A stretch of DNA of 35,932 nt from Craspedostauros australis (Eukaryota). Below are positions 35,540-35,932 of this stretch, one piece after another. Under the pieces are notes generated by a model, which had not been told where the DNA came from, ran no database searches, and saw only the letters and a list, made by a program, of their open reading frames with translations. Numbering within the stretch: the first letter of the stretch is position 1; the number at the start of each line of letters is the position of its first letter. The stretch is from the NCBI GenBank assembly GCA_030167865.1, contig JALAGF010005167.1, forward strand, positions 1-35,932. Direction: 5' to 3'. The position numbers were made by a program, and so were the translations under genes.

Positions 35540-35932
35540 ATCTTTGGTCAGTTCCTGATGAACATCTCTCTGAAAGTCAGAAATGGCAACCACCCTTTTG
35601 CNCAGTCACAGTTTGGAGAGAGCTTCGCATCCACATTCGGTGTGAATCCACACTTGTGCCTTCGCATCTGGGAGCACTGCAACTTTGCTGCTCTGTTCAA
35701 ACCCAAGCATCTGTTGTGAATACTGTACTATTTGCATCACTATCCCACTGTGCACATGGCTTGTTTTTTCCTTGGAGTGGCAGATTGAATGCTGAAGAGA
35801 TACATGTGGCAAGTCATCAAGCAGATTGCTTCGAAGCTCTACACTGTAGTAAGTTCACATGAAGTCTGCCTGAGTCTACTTTGCTGTGACAATGTGCAAT
35901 TGCTCGATTCCAAATGAGCACACTCACACTCA
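35540..35932 (+). pseudogene. Degenerate N-terminal part of a Harbinger/ISL2EU-like transposase, copy C (divergent subfamily), running off the window
   Basis: One frame reads FASTFGVNPHLCLRIWEH...KPKHLL*ILYYLHHYPTVHMACFFLGVAD*MLKRYMWQVIKQIASKLYTV|GTAAGT. Stops fall at 35717 and 35786. The phase-0 donor at 35849 is in the same position as in copies A and B (..TLRKWIWQMI...YKEV|GTAAGT). The start coordinate is approximate. Confidence 0.72.

Noticed and set aside
35780-35932. Possible terminal overlap with the window start (circular element or direct repeat)
   Set aside because: The two ends are homologous only at the protein and intron-position level. The nucleotide sequences are too divergent for an overlap or an LTR.

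Overview
Eukaryotic genomic DNA, most likely from a diatom or related stramenopile. The evidence is GT-AG spliceosomal introns, a DUF6824 gene, diatom-type MATH-BTB and TPR-like genes, and an ASAFAP-like presequence. The species cannot be determined from the sequence alone. A ~33 kb gene island sits between intron-containing PIF/Harbinger/ISL2EU-type (DDE_Tnp_4-like) transposase remnants and assembly gaps at both ends. Genes: (1) a 4-exon, ~1296-aa CAMK-group protein with an MGCGGSK acylation motif and THREE tandem kinase domains, each followed by a CaMK-like basic amphipathic regulatory helix; the third domain is a probable pseudokinase (NRNLKPET); (2-3) two co-oriented paralogous TPR-like proteins; (4) a MATH-BTB (SPOP-like) protein; (5) a small protein, probably plastid-targeted; (6) a 2-exon DUF6824 protein; (7) a CDF-family cation efflux transporter with an atypical metal site and no C-terminal domain. 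Long non-coding spacers carry microsatellites and a recurrent ACTCGTA/TACGAGT motif. No rRNA, tRNA or CRISPR was seen. All family assignments come from recognising motifs by eye, not from database searches.
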